Shown here: in pieces, positions 1-12,845 of the stretch
Layout of the letters: the number at the start of each line of letters is the position of its first letter
How positions within the stretch are numbered: position 1 is the first letter of the stretch
NCBI GenBank assembly: GCA_021613535.1
Contig: CP075497.1
Coordinates: forward strand, 6,572,001 to 6,636,000
Length of the DNA stretch: 64,000 nucleotides
DNA from: Adineta vaga
Lineage: Eukaryota > Animalia > Rotifera
Direction of reading: 5' to 3'
Notes under the pieces: generated by a model
What the model saw: only the letters and a program-made list of their open reading frames with translations
What the model was told of the DNA's origin: nothing
Databases searched by the model: none
Made by a program: the position numbers and the translations under genes

Positions 1-3000
1 GTTGTATCTCGTGTTCGTAAAGTGAAAGTTTTGACATCGAAAATGTCTTTAAGTTGGGATGAACGTTTACATCTATCTTTATCTGATGTTCATTTTACAT
101 TACATTATGATCGACATGTACGTATGACACGTTTTTCGTTGATAATCAATGATTTCAATGCCAGATTGAATCATAATTTACTTATCTATCCGTGTCAAGT
201 AACATTCAAACTTGATCATCATCGAACATATTCATTACTACATTTGGAATTCTCTTCATTAACTGGTAAACTTGATTACAATATTTTAGCATATTTAATC
301 ACAGTTGTTAATCAAATACGAATGATTGTTGATGTATCAACATCATTATTTCAATTATCGAAATTTGTAGAACATGTAGAAGATGATATTATATCTGTTG
401 ATGATTTAAGAAATAGTTCAATGAAATGTATATTTCAATTATCCAATGATTTACCTAATATAAATGAAATTGCATTTACAACAACGAATCATCATAATTT
501 AGCATCTTCTATGACATGGAAATATGCCGAAAGACGATCCATTCTTAAATGTCATATTCTTCCATTACCATTTCATGATGATCTTACTGGTGTAGTGATT
601 CCAAATAGAATTAAAACAGTAGAATGTTTAATGCAATATTGGCATTTTGGTACAAAACAATTTGTTACATGGCAAACATTCGATTTAACCGATGGTCAAC
701 CATTATTTCTTGATTTTAGTAATGATCTTGGACAAAATCCTTATTCTGAAATGTGGCGTATTGTTTTGGTTAATGCATCATCGATTATTAATCAATCTCA
801 TTCCTTAGCTGCATCGACACGTATCGATTCATTACAAAGTCAACGTTATGAACCATCACTTGAAATGACAATTAAAATTCCAACAATTCATGTACATTTT
901 ATGATCGATCTTCCAGTAAAGAAAATATCGTCTATCATCTTTCTTATTCTCCTTTTGTTTTTTTATTATTTAGAAAGAAAATTCTTCTTCGAAATTTCAA
1001 TCAATTCTTCAAGAATGTCAACATGATGTTTTAACATTAAATTTAGATAATATTTCATTTGATTATAGTCAACGTTTGGAAACAAGAATCATTAGTATTG
1101 AAACGATTCTTTCCCTTGAAACATTAGAATATCGTTTTCTAACAAAACGTTCGTGTATTGAACCTGCTTTGATCAATCTAAATCTTTTCATTGATACATC
1201 AAAATCAAGTATATTAACATCATTTCCAAATGTTTTCGAAATAAATAATGGAAAATATAATCAATTATTTTGTTCAGCAAAAACATCGTTTGTTTGTCAA
1301 TTACATTTCGATATCGATCATATTAATATTCGATTAAGTCAATCATTGTGTCATTTAATTAATATTCTTTATCAACAATTTATTCGATCAGATATGATCA
1401 AAATTTTAAATCTAAATCAACAAACACAAGAAGGTAAATACTATCGATAAAGTATTTCGACAAAAAAGAAAATTTGTTTTCTTTTAGCTTTAGTTTTAAC
1501 AAAAAGTGATGATTCATTTTATTATACTTATTATCTATTTACAAATCATTTAAATTGTTCGATTGGTTTGAAACAATATGATACAAATGATAACTTTCTT
1601 GTTCTTCCATCTTCTCGTACAACTGATTTTATTTTGTCAAAAATTCTTACAAATGAAATGTTAATTCAATTTTCTCTTGAACATCTCTCTTCAGATCCAT
1701 ACTATTCATCTCCAATTAATATTCATCATTCCGATAATAATCTTAAACAAATTGTTCAATTCGAAAATAGTCCACATTTATTCTATTTACAAAATCATTA
1801 CGATCAACATCAAATTCGTCGTCATATACATATATTTGGTAAAATAATTCTCAAGAATCTTTCTAATATTGATCTTGATCTAAAATTATATTTAAATGTT
1901 GGTTTAAGACAAATTGATATTTCCATACCAAAATATCAAACATATTCAAGTTGTTTACAAACAAAAGATGATATCGAATATATTCAATGGAATTCTTCAC
2001 ATAAATATCTTATTGATCAATTCAATCAAGATGGAATTATTTCAACAAGTGATCAAACATCTCTATGGATACATTTATTTGATGAAGAAAATTTTACTTG
2101 TATTATTTTCACACCAATTGTTATCTATCGATCATTTCTAACACAAACTGTTTTATTACATTTAAATCAAGAGAAATATTTTCAACTTGAATCCAATGGT
2201 TTATATACATTTTATAATGATTTGATTTTGGAAAATATTCATCAAATCTATGAACATCGTTTACAACAAATGGATGCTGAACAATTAACTGATTGTATAT
2301 TTCAATTGAATAATCAATCCTATTTATCTATTGATAAGATTCAAATGAATCATCCTGATAATCTTACCTTACTTGATTATTTATTAGAACTAAAAACACC
2401 ATATTCGAAATCGTATTCAATTATTGATTTACTTCGACAAGAACATTTGAAACATAAAGAAATGGAAGAAGAAATTCCTATACCATTAATTGATCAAACG
2501 AATGAAATGTTAAATACATCAGTAATACCAACAATTGGTGCTAATGGACCAGCTATGTATGAACCACAGATACATTATCAAATAAAAAAGAATCCCATTT
2601 GTAAGTATTTCTTTTCTTTCAATTCGAAAAATAAAAATTTCTCAAATATTTTTCTAGTAGTCAATCCAACAACAATGACAACTAATTCTATTGATTGTCG
2701 TATTGAATCAACTCGTCTTTATTCATATTTAAATACAATCTTAATTCAATTAAAACCTTCAACATTGATAAATAATCTTACACCATTTAATTTTCATTTA
2801 TATGCAAATGCTGGTCATAATCATGTATATATTCAATCATCTGAATTGACATGTCTTTCAAAATTTGAATATAGTCAAATACAATTTGTTCTCATCGATC
2901 CTAATGATGGTGAACATATTCAATGTCAAACAATTGATCTCTTCGTTCGAAATATTCCAATGATAAATTCCTCAACGTTAATTAATAATCGTTTATATAC

Positions 3001-6000
3001 AAATGGTTCAATCGATTTATATTTTATTAAATCTTCAAATAATGATTACTTTATTTTTCATATTCGACATGAATATCTTGATCAAACACATATTTTAACA
3101 ATTGAATCGAAATATAAACTTTTCAATCAAACAAATCATGTATTATCTTCGTGGATTTTACCGATTTCTACACAACAATATTCAATTGATTATCCATATA
3201 ATTCATTTCAAATCAGATCAAATGAAACACTTTCATTATATCGTTTTCAAGGTATTCCATCGACTGATATTCATTATTATCTATTATTTCAAATTGATAA
3301 TAATGATAAACAATATTTATCGAAACCTATTCGATTATTACCGAATATTGATGAAAATGGTAATCGACAATGTTGTTGTTTATTTCATAAAGATGAACAG
3401 ATAAAGTAAAGCAAATCAAGATTTATATTCTAATACAAAAATTAATTTCTTATTTTTTAGATTTAAATCATCAGCGTTTCAAAATTTACGTGGAGAATTA
3501 TTTTCTATCAATCATTCAATTCGAAATCCAACAAGTCAAATAGAAATACGTATTCAATCCAATCCAGCATGGGCCTTTCTTCAAGTTATCAATTCTTGTT
3601 CATGTCCATTATTATGTCGATTAGAAAATCTTTCATCTATGTCACATATTATTCCACCATTTTCATCAGTTTTTATTGGTATTGATTCACCGGAATCCAC
3701 AACAATGAATTCAAATAATAATACACTGCAAAATTTAATGAATGGTTCACGATTTTATTTAGCACAATTTTTACCAAATGAAAATCCAAATCATGTCGTT
3801 CAATTAATGACAAATTATTTTCAACAAACAACAACAAAAAATGTTCCATGGAGTAGACCAATTAAAATTGATTCACAATTTGAAGATGTTTTCTTACCCA
3901 TACCGGGTAAAAATCTTTCTTTTCCTTTCATAAACATATATTCTAGTTTTTTTCTTCTTCTTGCTAGGTCTTCATGATGTTTTAATTCGTTCTCTCTCTG
4001 CTTCATTATCAACTAGTCGAACGTTAATCATTGAACCTGTTCATCGTCAACGAGCATCAAAAACAAATACGACACCAAAAGTTAAAAAAGCTAATTCAAT
4101 CGGAAATGCAAGTTATCTTAATTTACCAGGTACGACAGTTATATCTGAAACGATTCCACGTCAATATCGTTCGACAATATCAGAGAAGACTTCCCCGATA
4201 AATAGTTCAAATGCTACAACTCAATTTTTAAAAGCATGGCATCAACAATACAATCAAAGCAATCATCGACAAATTCAATTCAATTTTTCCATTAATAAAG
4301 TTTCTCTATCATTAATGGATGAATTAACTGATATTTGTTTATTTCGTGAAATTCTACGTGTAACAATTGATAAAACAAATCTATTATTTTATCAACGTTT
4401 TATTGATATTGAACCATGTTTACATCAACAACAATTTTTCTGTTCAATTCATCAATTACAAATTGATAATCAATGTTATAGTTCAAAAACGAATTATGAT
4501 TTTCCTGTTGTATTAATGTCTAAAGATGAAAAGCGTGTTTCAAAAACTAAAACTAATGTTTATGAAGCTAAAGAACCAGCTGAGTAAGTACTATGTTTGA
4601 TATCATGAGACATCAATTACGTTGTTATTTTTTTGTTTTTCAAAAAAACAAAACTCGATGTACCGAGTACGGTCAGGTCAGCGCGCATTGATAAAAGAAT
4701 ATACTTCAAGTTATGTAAATGAGAAAAGAAAAAGAGAGATATGAGATAATTCCATAATATTTTATCAATCTGATAGCAATATCAACGAAAGATGAAGAAT
4801 GGAAACAAATATTTGTCTTGTTTTCGTAACAAGGTAAATAACATGATCTCGTTTTTTTTCGATTGATTAGATCTAAAACAACATTTGTCAATCATCATCG
4901 TCAAAATTCTTCATCATCAATTGATACAACACTTACCGAAGATCCTTTTCCAGCATTTGATTCTTTATCTCATAATCATAAAATATCTCGTCCAATTGTT
5001 GTTGATCATACTGAACCGAAATTTCTTTCAATACATTTTCATCGTATTAATGAACGTTTTATTAAAATTGATTTTCAAATTCAACCATTCGATGTTTATA
5101 TTGAAGATCATTATATTTATACTTTATTAAACATCTTCAGTCGTTTATTACCAGTTGATTTAAACACACCGTCATATATCAAAGAAAATGATCCAAGACT
5201 TGAAGTTATCGAAAATGAAATTCTCAGAACACCATTCGTTTGTGAATCGTTATATATTGGTCCAGTTGATATTGTTATTAGTATACATGCATCGATGAAA
5301 GTCTATATTGGTTGTTATCAATTACCGGTTGTTATTGATAAATTTCAAAAAAATTTTATCTTTTCAACAAATAAACAATTATTAACATTGATTACAAGAC
5401 ATTATTTTATGTCTCTATTAACACGATCACCACTTTTACTTGGATCATTCGATATTTTAGGTAAAACTTTTGATTATTAACTAATTTATCTATTGAAATT
5501 ATTTCAGGTAATCCATCAGTATTTATTCGTAATATAACTGATGGTATATATGATCTCTTTCATTTGCCTTATGTGGGCATGAGAGATGGTCCAAGTGGAT
5601 TTATGATTGGAATATCTCAAGGTGCTACAAGTCTTTTAAAACATTTTTCACTTGGTAATCAATTCGAAAAAAAAACAGACAATCTGATAATTTTTCAAAA
5701 TCTTTTCTTTCTTCTAGGTACATTAACATCAGTAACAACATTTGCGAATAGTGTTGCACGAAATATGGATCGATTAGCAATGGATTCTGAACATACAACA
5801 CGAACGGAAGAAACTTGTCGACACATTCCAACTGGAATGACAAGTGGTCTTCTACAAGGTCTTGAATTATTTAGTTTAAGTTTATTAGGTGCTATTGCTG
5901 GTTTAGCTGAACAACCGTTAGCTTCATTTCGTAATCGAGATGATTCGCAAGGAGCGACAACAACTGTTTTATCCGGTGTTGGAAAAGGTCTTGTTGGAAT

Positions 6001-6445
6001 TGTTGCTAAACCAGTTGGTGGTGTTGCCCAATTAATTTCACAAACAGGTCAAGGTATTCTTTATGGAACTGGTTTAATGAATATTCCACATCGACGACAT
6101 AGACAATTAGAACAAGATGCACGTATTAATACAACAATTAGTTATCTTAAACTTTCTCATCTATGCCAAATAACAAAAAATCAAGATGAAATACTTGATA
6201 TTTTAGATTATGTTCTTGAACATCATAATATTGAACATGGAATTTTAATTCTAACTAAAAATGGACATTTAATTGTGTATCATAAAGATGATGAACATCA
6301 ACATGGAGATTATCTTTTGAATGAAATTGAATTAAATGAATCACCTGATTCATCAGGTTTATTAGTATTCAATGATCTTTCATTCTATGTTGATGCACGT
6401 CTTCGTCATCAATTTCTTGCACTATGTCGTCTTATTCGTCAATAA
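1..6445 (+). CDS. VPS13B: VPS13B-like lipid transfer protein, 3' portion (5' end outside window; multi-exon)
   Basis: ORFs 22-6445 join through GT-AG introns. The C-terminus (DILGNPSVFIRN; GTLTSVTTFANSVARNMDRLAMDSEH; SLLGAIAGLAEQP; GVGKGLVGIVAKPVGG) and the LQIDNQ..YDFPV motif match the VPS13B C-terminal region. Stop TAA ends at 6445. Confidence 0.88.
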
Positions 6446-7955
6446 TATCAGTTAATTTCTACATTTCTCGAATCTAACATTCAAGTATTGAACTGTGATT
6501 TGTTTATTTTTCCTTTTGTTTCGTTGTGTTATAACTTAACTTTTTTCTCTTTCTTAGTCAATTCTTTCTTATTATTTATTATTTCTGTTAAGGTTTGTTT
6601 TTTTGCTCTTTCCATTTTTAATCGGCTCATAAAATATACATATATATTTATGCAAAATAATATTCATACTATCATCAAAATCAAGTACCATGTGTAATCA
6701 AAAGAAAAAGGATCATTAAGTCTGAAGAAAATTAACAATGAAACAGCTGATACATAGAGACATGTTTATATGGAAGAAGAAAAACTTTTTAGGTAACAGA
6801 TGTTAGAAAGTAGTACTTTGATTCCAGTAAGTGTAGGCGTTTTTGTTGCGCATTTTGAAAAGAGTAAGATGTAATCATTCGCGCAATATTGACAATGAAA
6901 TCGAGGTTTCTGTTTCTGACCATTTTGTTTTGTCATGTATGTTATGCATTTTTTAATTTGGGAACTTTTAGTTCTACATTTTGAATGCTCCTTTATACTT
7001 CGGTCAATATTTACAGATGAAAACGCATACTTAGTCAACGAAAATTTTGATAAGAAAAAGAAGTAAATAATGAATTTTCAAGGATAAAGAATTAGTCATT
7101 CATGAAAAGTTATAACACAATTTAATCAAGTCAATTTGTCTTCCCATCATGATATCAAATAGAAACTGATGTTATTCTCTATTCGAACCAATTATATTTT
7201 GATAAAATATTCTTATAATTACCTTGAACTATAATCTGTATTTGAAATACCATAATATTACTGATATAGATGATCTACTTTATCTAACAAGACACTTAAT
7301 TATATAGCGTATTTTAGGATTATCTATCAAAGTGTTCTGACAAATTTTATGTAATAAACTGAAATATCAACCGTGAAACAATTTCGAATATGTTCTTTTG
7401 GTTAGAATCTTTCTCTCTCATTCAAAGTAAATAAAGGTTAAACAGTTAACAAGAAATACGAAACCATACTCTTATCATGCATAAATTCACATGATCGAAG
7501 CAAAATGTTTCTGTTTTATCTATGATACCTTGTCAGTTACCTTTGTCCTATGATATTCAAATCAAATAAATAACATTTCATCAGAGTTTCTGAAAAGAAT
7601 TTTTTTTATTCAAATGTTTTTTGTTTATCAGTTAAATGTCTGACATTAAAAAAGAGAATCGTGTACAATTCGTACAAACCATCTAATACTTGTGCTAACA
7701 CACAATTCAACGAAGAAAAGAAAGAGAGAAATGAACGCGCATTTTTGTTTGTCACGAATAACAAAATTTCCGACGACGACGACGACGAAGAAGAAGAGAA
7801 AGAAAAGAGTGAGAGTCACTTCTAAAAAAAAGAACGCCCACCGAATGTTTAGGAGATCCATTATGGTTGAGCACTAAACATTAGGCATGATTCATACTGA
7901 TATATAGAAATAAATGAGCAAATGAAAGACTAGAGAAAGATATGATTAAAGAAAA

Positions 7956-10390
7956 TTAATTTTCTGTTAATAATTGTTTGACACGCATTTGAAATAGAAC
8001 ATATTGTCGATGATAATTTCGTGCTAATTGTAATGCATGTCGAGCATCATGTTGTCGAACAAGACGTGTAAAATAAGTACCAATATGATCATCAGCATCA
8101 CTATTCAATGGTGACATTTGCATAATTGATGAACGATTTTGTTCAAGTAAGGCAACACAAAGAAAGATAGTAAACATATCTGAATATTGCTCATCATTAT
8201 CAATCGATGAAAAATGTGTTAACCATTTTCCTAATGGTATACATGATGTTGAATTCGTATTCGTTGATGTCGTTAAATACGATGAACTATCCAGTTTATT
8301 TGAACGTATATTAAAATCAAATGTACCAGGTACTTGTTCATCACGATAACCTGAATCTCCTCCATCGAGACTTGAATGTTGAGATCGTGTATCTTCTAAT
8401 GTTGGCGATGATGAACGTGATGATAGAATTGTATTTGATATCGATGACATAAAAGATGAACGATATTGAGTACATAAAGATGATGGACAAAGATCATCAC
8501 GATCGGAAAATGTATGATCATGATTAGATTCAAATTGATCAATTGGTAATGATGCCCAAAGTGTTTCAAAAACACGAAAGATATCTTTAAAAGGAAATTC
8601 ACGTTTACAATCTAATAATAACCACCGATAAGTAAACATTAATTTTCCTAAATAATAAATGTTTTTCAATTGATTGAAACATATCATATCGACTTACCAA
8701 CATCACACTGTTCAATTTTCGTCCAAAGTTCTATATCAATTGCTTGAATAGTTTTTTTCAATAAATCTAATCGGCGATTCATTGCAATACCATTTGGATG
8801 AAATAATGGATTCATATAACGCATCAATGCACAAAAACATGCATATGTTAATGCTTCATCACGTATTACATATAGGATTGGTGCTACCATATCGTTCATT
8901 CCTAAATCAAATCAAAGCGAAGTTATACTTGATCTTTAAATTCAATCAATTTACCTTGAACATAACCAGGCTCGGGATGATAAACACTATATGTCATTAA
9001 GATATTGAATAATTTTTGACAAGATAGATTTTCTTTATCATCAAAGAATTTTACAGAACGATCAGTACGTCGTACATCTTTTTGAATTAAATTATCTAAT
9101 GTTATAATCTCCGCATCACCTTGTTTAAATCGATTATGCCAAGCTTGTTTCATGCTACAGAAGAAGAAGACAAAAAAAAGCACATAATCATTGGAAAGAA
9201 AAATTCTCTTAAATCATTCTTACTCGTCATATCGTTCTTTTGCTCGCTCGTATATTCTGTTTTATCTTCATTTGTCATTGATTCATTAAATACACGTAAT
9301 AGATAACACCAAACTATCTTTCGTATGGATTCATCACAACCATTATCGAATATTCGTTGTCGAAAGAGTTGTTCATCGAGTAAACGACCAGTTGATGGAT
9401 CTAACATTTGTAGAAACTCTTTTTTTGTTACATAATTATTCATTGACGACTGTACTGAACCATGTAACCAACCTAGACAGAAAAAAAGAAAAGATTTCTC
9501 TGAGTACATTTGAAATACAAAAGTGATGATTTACCTGTTGCTTTTTGTAGAAATGTTTCTTGTCGATTATCTTTGGGTCTAACTGTTACTAAAATACAAT
9601 CATTTTGTATGGAAATAATTTCAAAATTATCATCTTTTGAATTGATATTCGTCGAATTTTCATCCAGAACACACCAATCATCTGAATCATATTGAAATTG
9701 ATCTTTTGTTCTTGGATATTTATAAACAATAAATTCTAGAGTGGATTGTTGTTTATTTTCATCATCAGTTTCTTCCATCATATTCATAATACAACCATCA
9801 ACATCAAAATCGTCTGTGACTGGAAAATTGCACCTGAATGATGATGATTCTTTGGCAATTAATGTAAAATTTGAACGTAAATTAAATGTTCGATTGATAA
9901 GTCGAACAAGAAATGAGTAGGATAATAATTGAATATCAACCGAGAATTTCTTTTTCGATTGACATATATTACATTCGTTTAACTAAAATCATATAGAAAA
10001 GAAAAACAACACATTTACCAATTGATTGATTTGCAAATAACTTACTGAAATAATAAAAACAAAAATATTTGGTAAACGATAATCTCCTTGCAATTGTCGA
10101 TAGTGAAGTTTCGATGTGAATGTAGATGTAACCTTTTGAAAAAATAAAGAAAACGACGCAATTGCGAAATGTGATATATGTATGTACGTATGTAATCGTG
10201 ATTCATCATCAATACTTATGAAATCTTTCTCAGCTGACTAACACACCCGATTTTATCATCTTATTTATAAATAAGGAAACGAAAGAGAAAAGAAAACGAA
10301 ACGTAAAATTACCTCATCATTATTGTTACATCTACCATAATCATCAGCCACAAGTGATATTGAAGATGTCGGTGAATTTGATATAGACAT
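7956..10390 (-). CDS. TBC1D25: TBC-domain Rab GTPase-activating protein, TBC1D25-like (apparent 1-nt deletion at ~9247)
   Basis: Arginine finger IQKDVRRT, glutamine finger YVQG|MND, and FTYRWLLLDCKREF. The N-terminal KKFSVDIQLLSYSFLVRLINRTF resembles the TBC1D25 N-terminal domain. First exon ATG at 10390. Confidence 0.75.
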
Positions 10391-10851
10391 TATGTTTTTG
10401 TTTGTCGGAGACATAACGTGGTCACTTATATATATATAAATATATATATTTGTTTACTACTCGAAACAAGAACACATCGGATATGAAATAATCAAGTCCC
10501 AAAAACCTTAGTGTTTTTTTCTCTACTCAGAAAACGAACAAAATGACGGAGTGATAACTGTGTGCTCTGTTGTTGTGACACCAGATGTGACCCACCCTCA
10601 ATACATATACAAATAATTTTGCTGTTCTTGTTTCGTTCTGTGTATTTCTCTCGTTTTTTTTCACTATTTGGTTTGTTGTCAGTCTTCATCTCTGATTTTC
10701 TTCGTCCTCTCTTATTCTCGTTTTTCTTTCGTTTATCACATATTCTTCCATACTGTATCCATCTAGCAGTTGAAGTTTAACAATGAAAGAGTAAAAAAAA
10801 CATTGTACAAATAAAACTTTTATCATTTTCAAGAGATTAGAAAGAAGATTT

Positions 10852-10865
10852 GTTTCTATAGTTAT
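10852..10865. promoter_or_regulatory. X-box (RFX-type) motif upstream of the divergent beta-tubulin
   Basis: GTTTCTATAGTTAT; its reverse complement ATAACTATAGAAAC fits the X-box consensus RTHNYY-WT-RRNRAC exactly. It lies ~30 nt before the ATG. Confidence 0.5.
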
Positions 10866-10893
10866 CAGATTATTTATTTATTTTGTTCGATAT

Positions 10894-12569
10894 ATGCATG
10901 AAATAATTACTCTTCAAATTGGCCAAGCAGGAAATTCGATAGGAAAAAAAGTGAGCTGAAATAATGAATTTAGTGAAGGAAAAGAATTCAAAGTAAAAAA
11001 ATAGTTTTGGGAATACGTTTGTAATGAACATGGAATTGATTTAAAAGGAAGATTTCATGGTGAAAATGATTTACAACTTGAACGAATAAATGTTTATTTT
11101 ACAGAAACAAGACAAGGAAATTATGTACCACGATCGATTTTTACAGATTTAGATCAGAATTCAATGAATAGAATTCGTAATTCTACGTATGGATGTTTGT
11201 TTAATCCAGATCTATTGATCAATGGCAAAATGAGTGCTAGTAATAACTTTGCTAAAGGATTTTTTACTGAAGGTTTGGTTAGATAACTTTGACTTGAGAA
11301 GAAAATGATGAATCAATCATTTCAGGAGCTGAACTCTTACCTGAATTAATCGAAAAAATTCGTCGAATAGCTGAAGAATGTGATTTAGTTCATGGTTTTC
11401 AATTCGTGCATGGTATTAGTGGAGGTTGTGGTGGAGGACTTGGTTCCTTATTACTCGATCATATTCGACAAGAATATTCTGATCGAATGATTAAATCTTA
11501 TTCCATTTTTCCCGCATTATCCATGTCGCAAGTTGTTGTATGTTGAAACAGAAAATCAGATCAATCATTTATGGATTGTTTCTTTTTTCTCAGGTTGAAC
11601 CATATAATTCTGTACTGACAATGACTCGTAAGATAAGAATCACATGAAATAAAATAAAAAGAATGAAATACAATTTAGATCTGATGGAAAATACAGATGA
11701 AACATTTTGTTTTGATAATGTTGCACTTTTTGAAATATTACATAAAACTCTTCCTTTATCTTCATCCAATTACACAGATACCAATCAAATCTTAGCACAA
11801 GTTATGATTGGTATTACTGCTTGTTTTCGATTTCCTGGTAAAAAAGCAAAATTCTTTTCTCTAAACACATGACAATCAGATCAAATATTTATTTCAGGTC
11901 AATTAAACATGGATTTACGTAAATTAGCTGTTAATATGATTCCATTTCCTTCTCTTCATTTTCTAATGACATCATTTTCACCATTTCAAACTCGTCAAAT
12001 TGCTTCATATCAAAATTTCACTGAACATTCTCTTATCAAACAGATGTTTGATAAAAATCATCAAATGGTAGCAGTTCATCCACGTGAAGGAAGATATTTA
12101 ACAGCGACAGGGATCTTTCGAGGACAATCATTATCAATAAAACTTCTATATGATTTATTAGCAAAAGAAAAACTCAATCAACAATTTATTGAATGGATTC
12201 CAAATAATGTTTGTAGATGCAAAGTAGAGATGATAATTGAATTTTTTCTTTCTTTTCCTTGTATAAATCAGTGTAAAATTGCTCATTGTGATATTCCACC
12301 ACAAGGTTTATCACGTTCAGTAACTGGAATAGGAAATCATACAGGCATAAGAAAACAATTCGATTATCTCTTACAACCGTTTAAGAAATTACTTCGACGT
12401 CGAGCATTTATTCATTGGTTTATTAGTGAAGGAATGGAAGAAACTGGTTTGTTTGTTTATTTTCTTCTTTTTTCACATATCAAACGATATTTCTTTCTTT
12501 TAAGAACTTAATGAAGCTGAAAATCGAATTCAAGATTTAATCAAACAATATGAATCAATTGAAAGATAA
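10894..12569 (+). CDS. Highly divergent beta-tubulin lacking the acidic C-terminal tail
   Basis: The spliced product starts MHEIITLQIGQAGNSIG and contains [43 protein letters not shown] (beta-type Lys), FIEWIPNN and EGMEE. It ends QYESIER-stop at 12569. All exons join in frame. Confidence 0.9.
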
Positions 12570-12629
12570 TTTATAAAGCAATTCGAAAATTTTACATTTA
12601 CATTGAACTTCGGTGAAAGCTTTCTCGAA

Positions 12630-12703
12630 GCCTCTGTGGCGAAGCGGATTAACGCGTTGGACTTCTAATCCAAAGATCGTGGGTTCGATCCCCACCAGAG
12701 GTG
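12630..12703 (+). tRNA. tRNA-Arg (anticodon TCT), intronless
   Basis: Acceptor stem GCCTCTG/CAGAGGT, anticodon arm TTGGA-CT-TCT-AA-TCCAA, T arm GTGGG-TTCGATC-CCCAC. An oligo-T Pol III terminator follows from ~12716. Confidence 0.95.
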
Positions 12704-12845
12704 GTAGTCAATATATTTTTTTTTTCATTCCTTAACGTCAGAATAGAACAAAATTACACACATACGTTATTCTTATTCGAGTATTGTGTTCTATGTTAGA
12801 AAAAAATATATATTTATTAACATTGAATGACAAAAAGAAAGTTTA

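Noticed and set aside
4777-4833. Possible poison/cassette exon in the long VPS13B intron (4584-4870)
   Set aside because: The acceptor is weak and the downstream intron would be only 37 nt, shorter than the others seen here.
6766-7038. ORF with KQNG..RFHCQYC resembling an IS1/InsA zinc-finger fragment
   Set aside because: Only one CxxC, non-ATG start, and no terminal repeats or transposase body.
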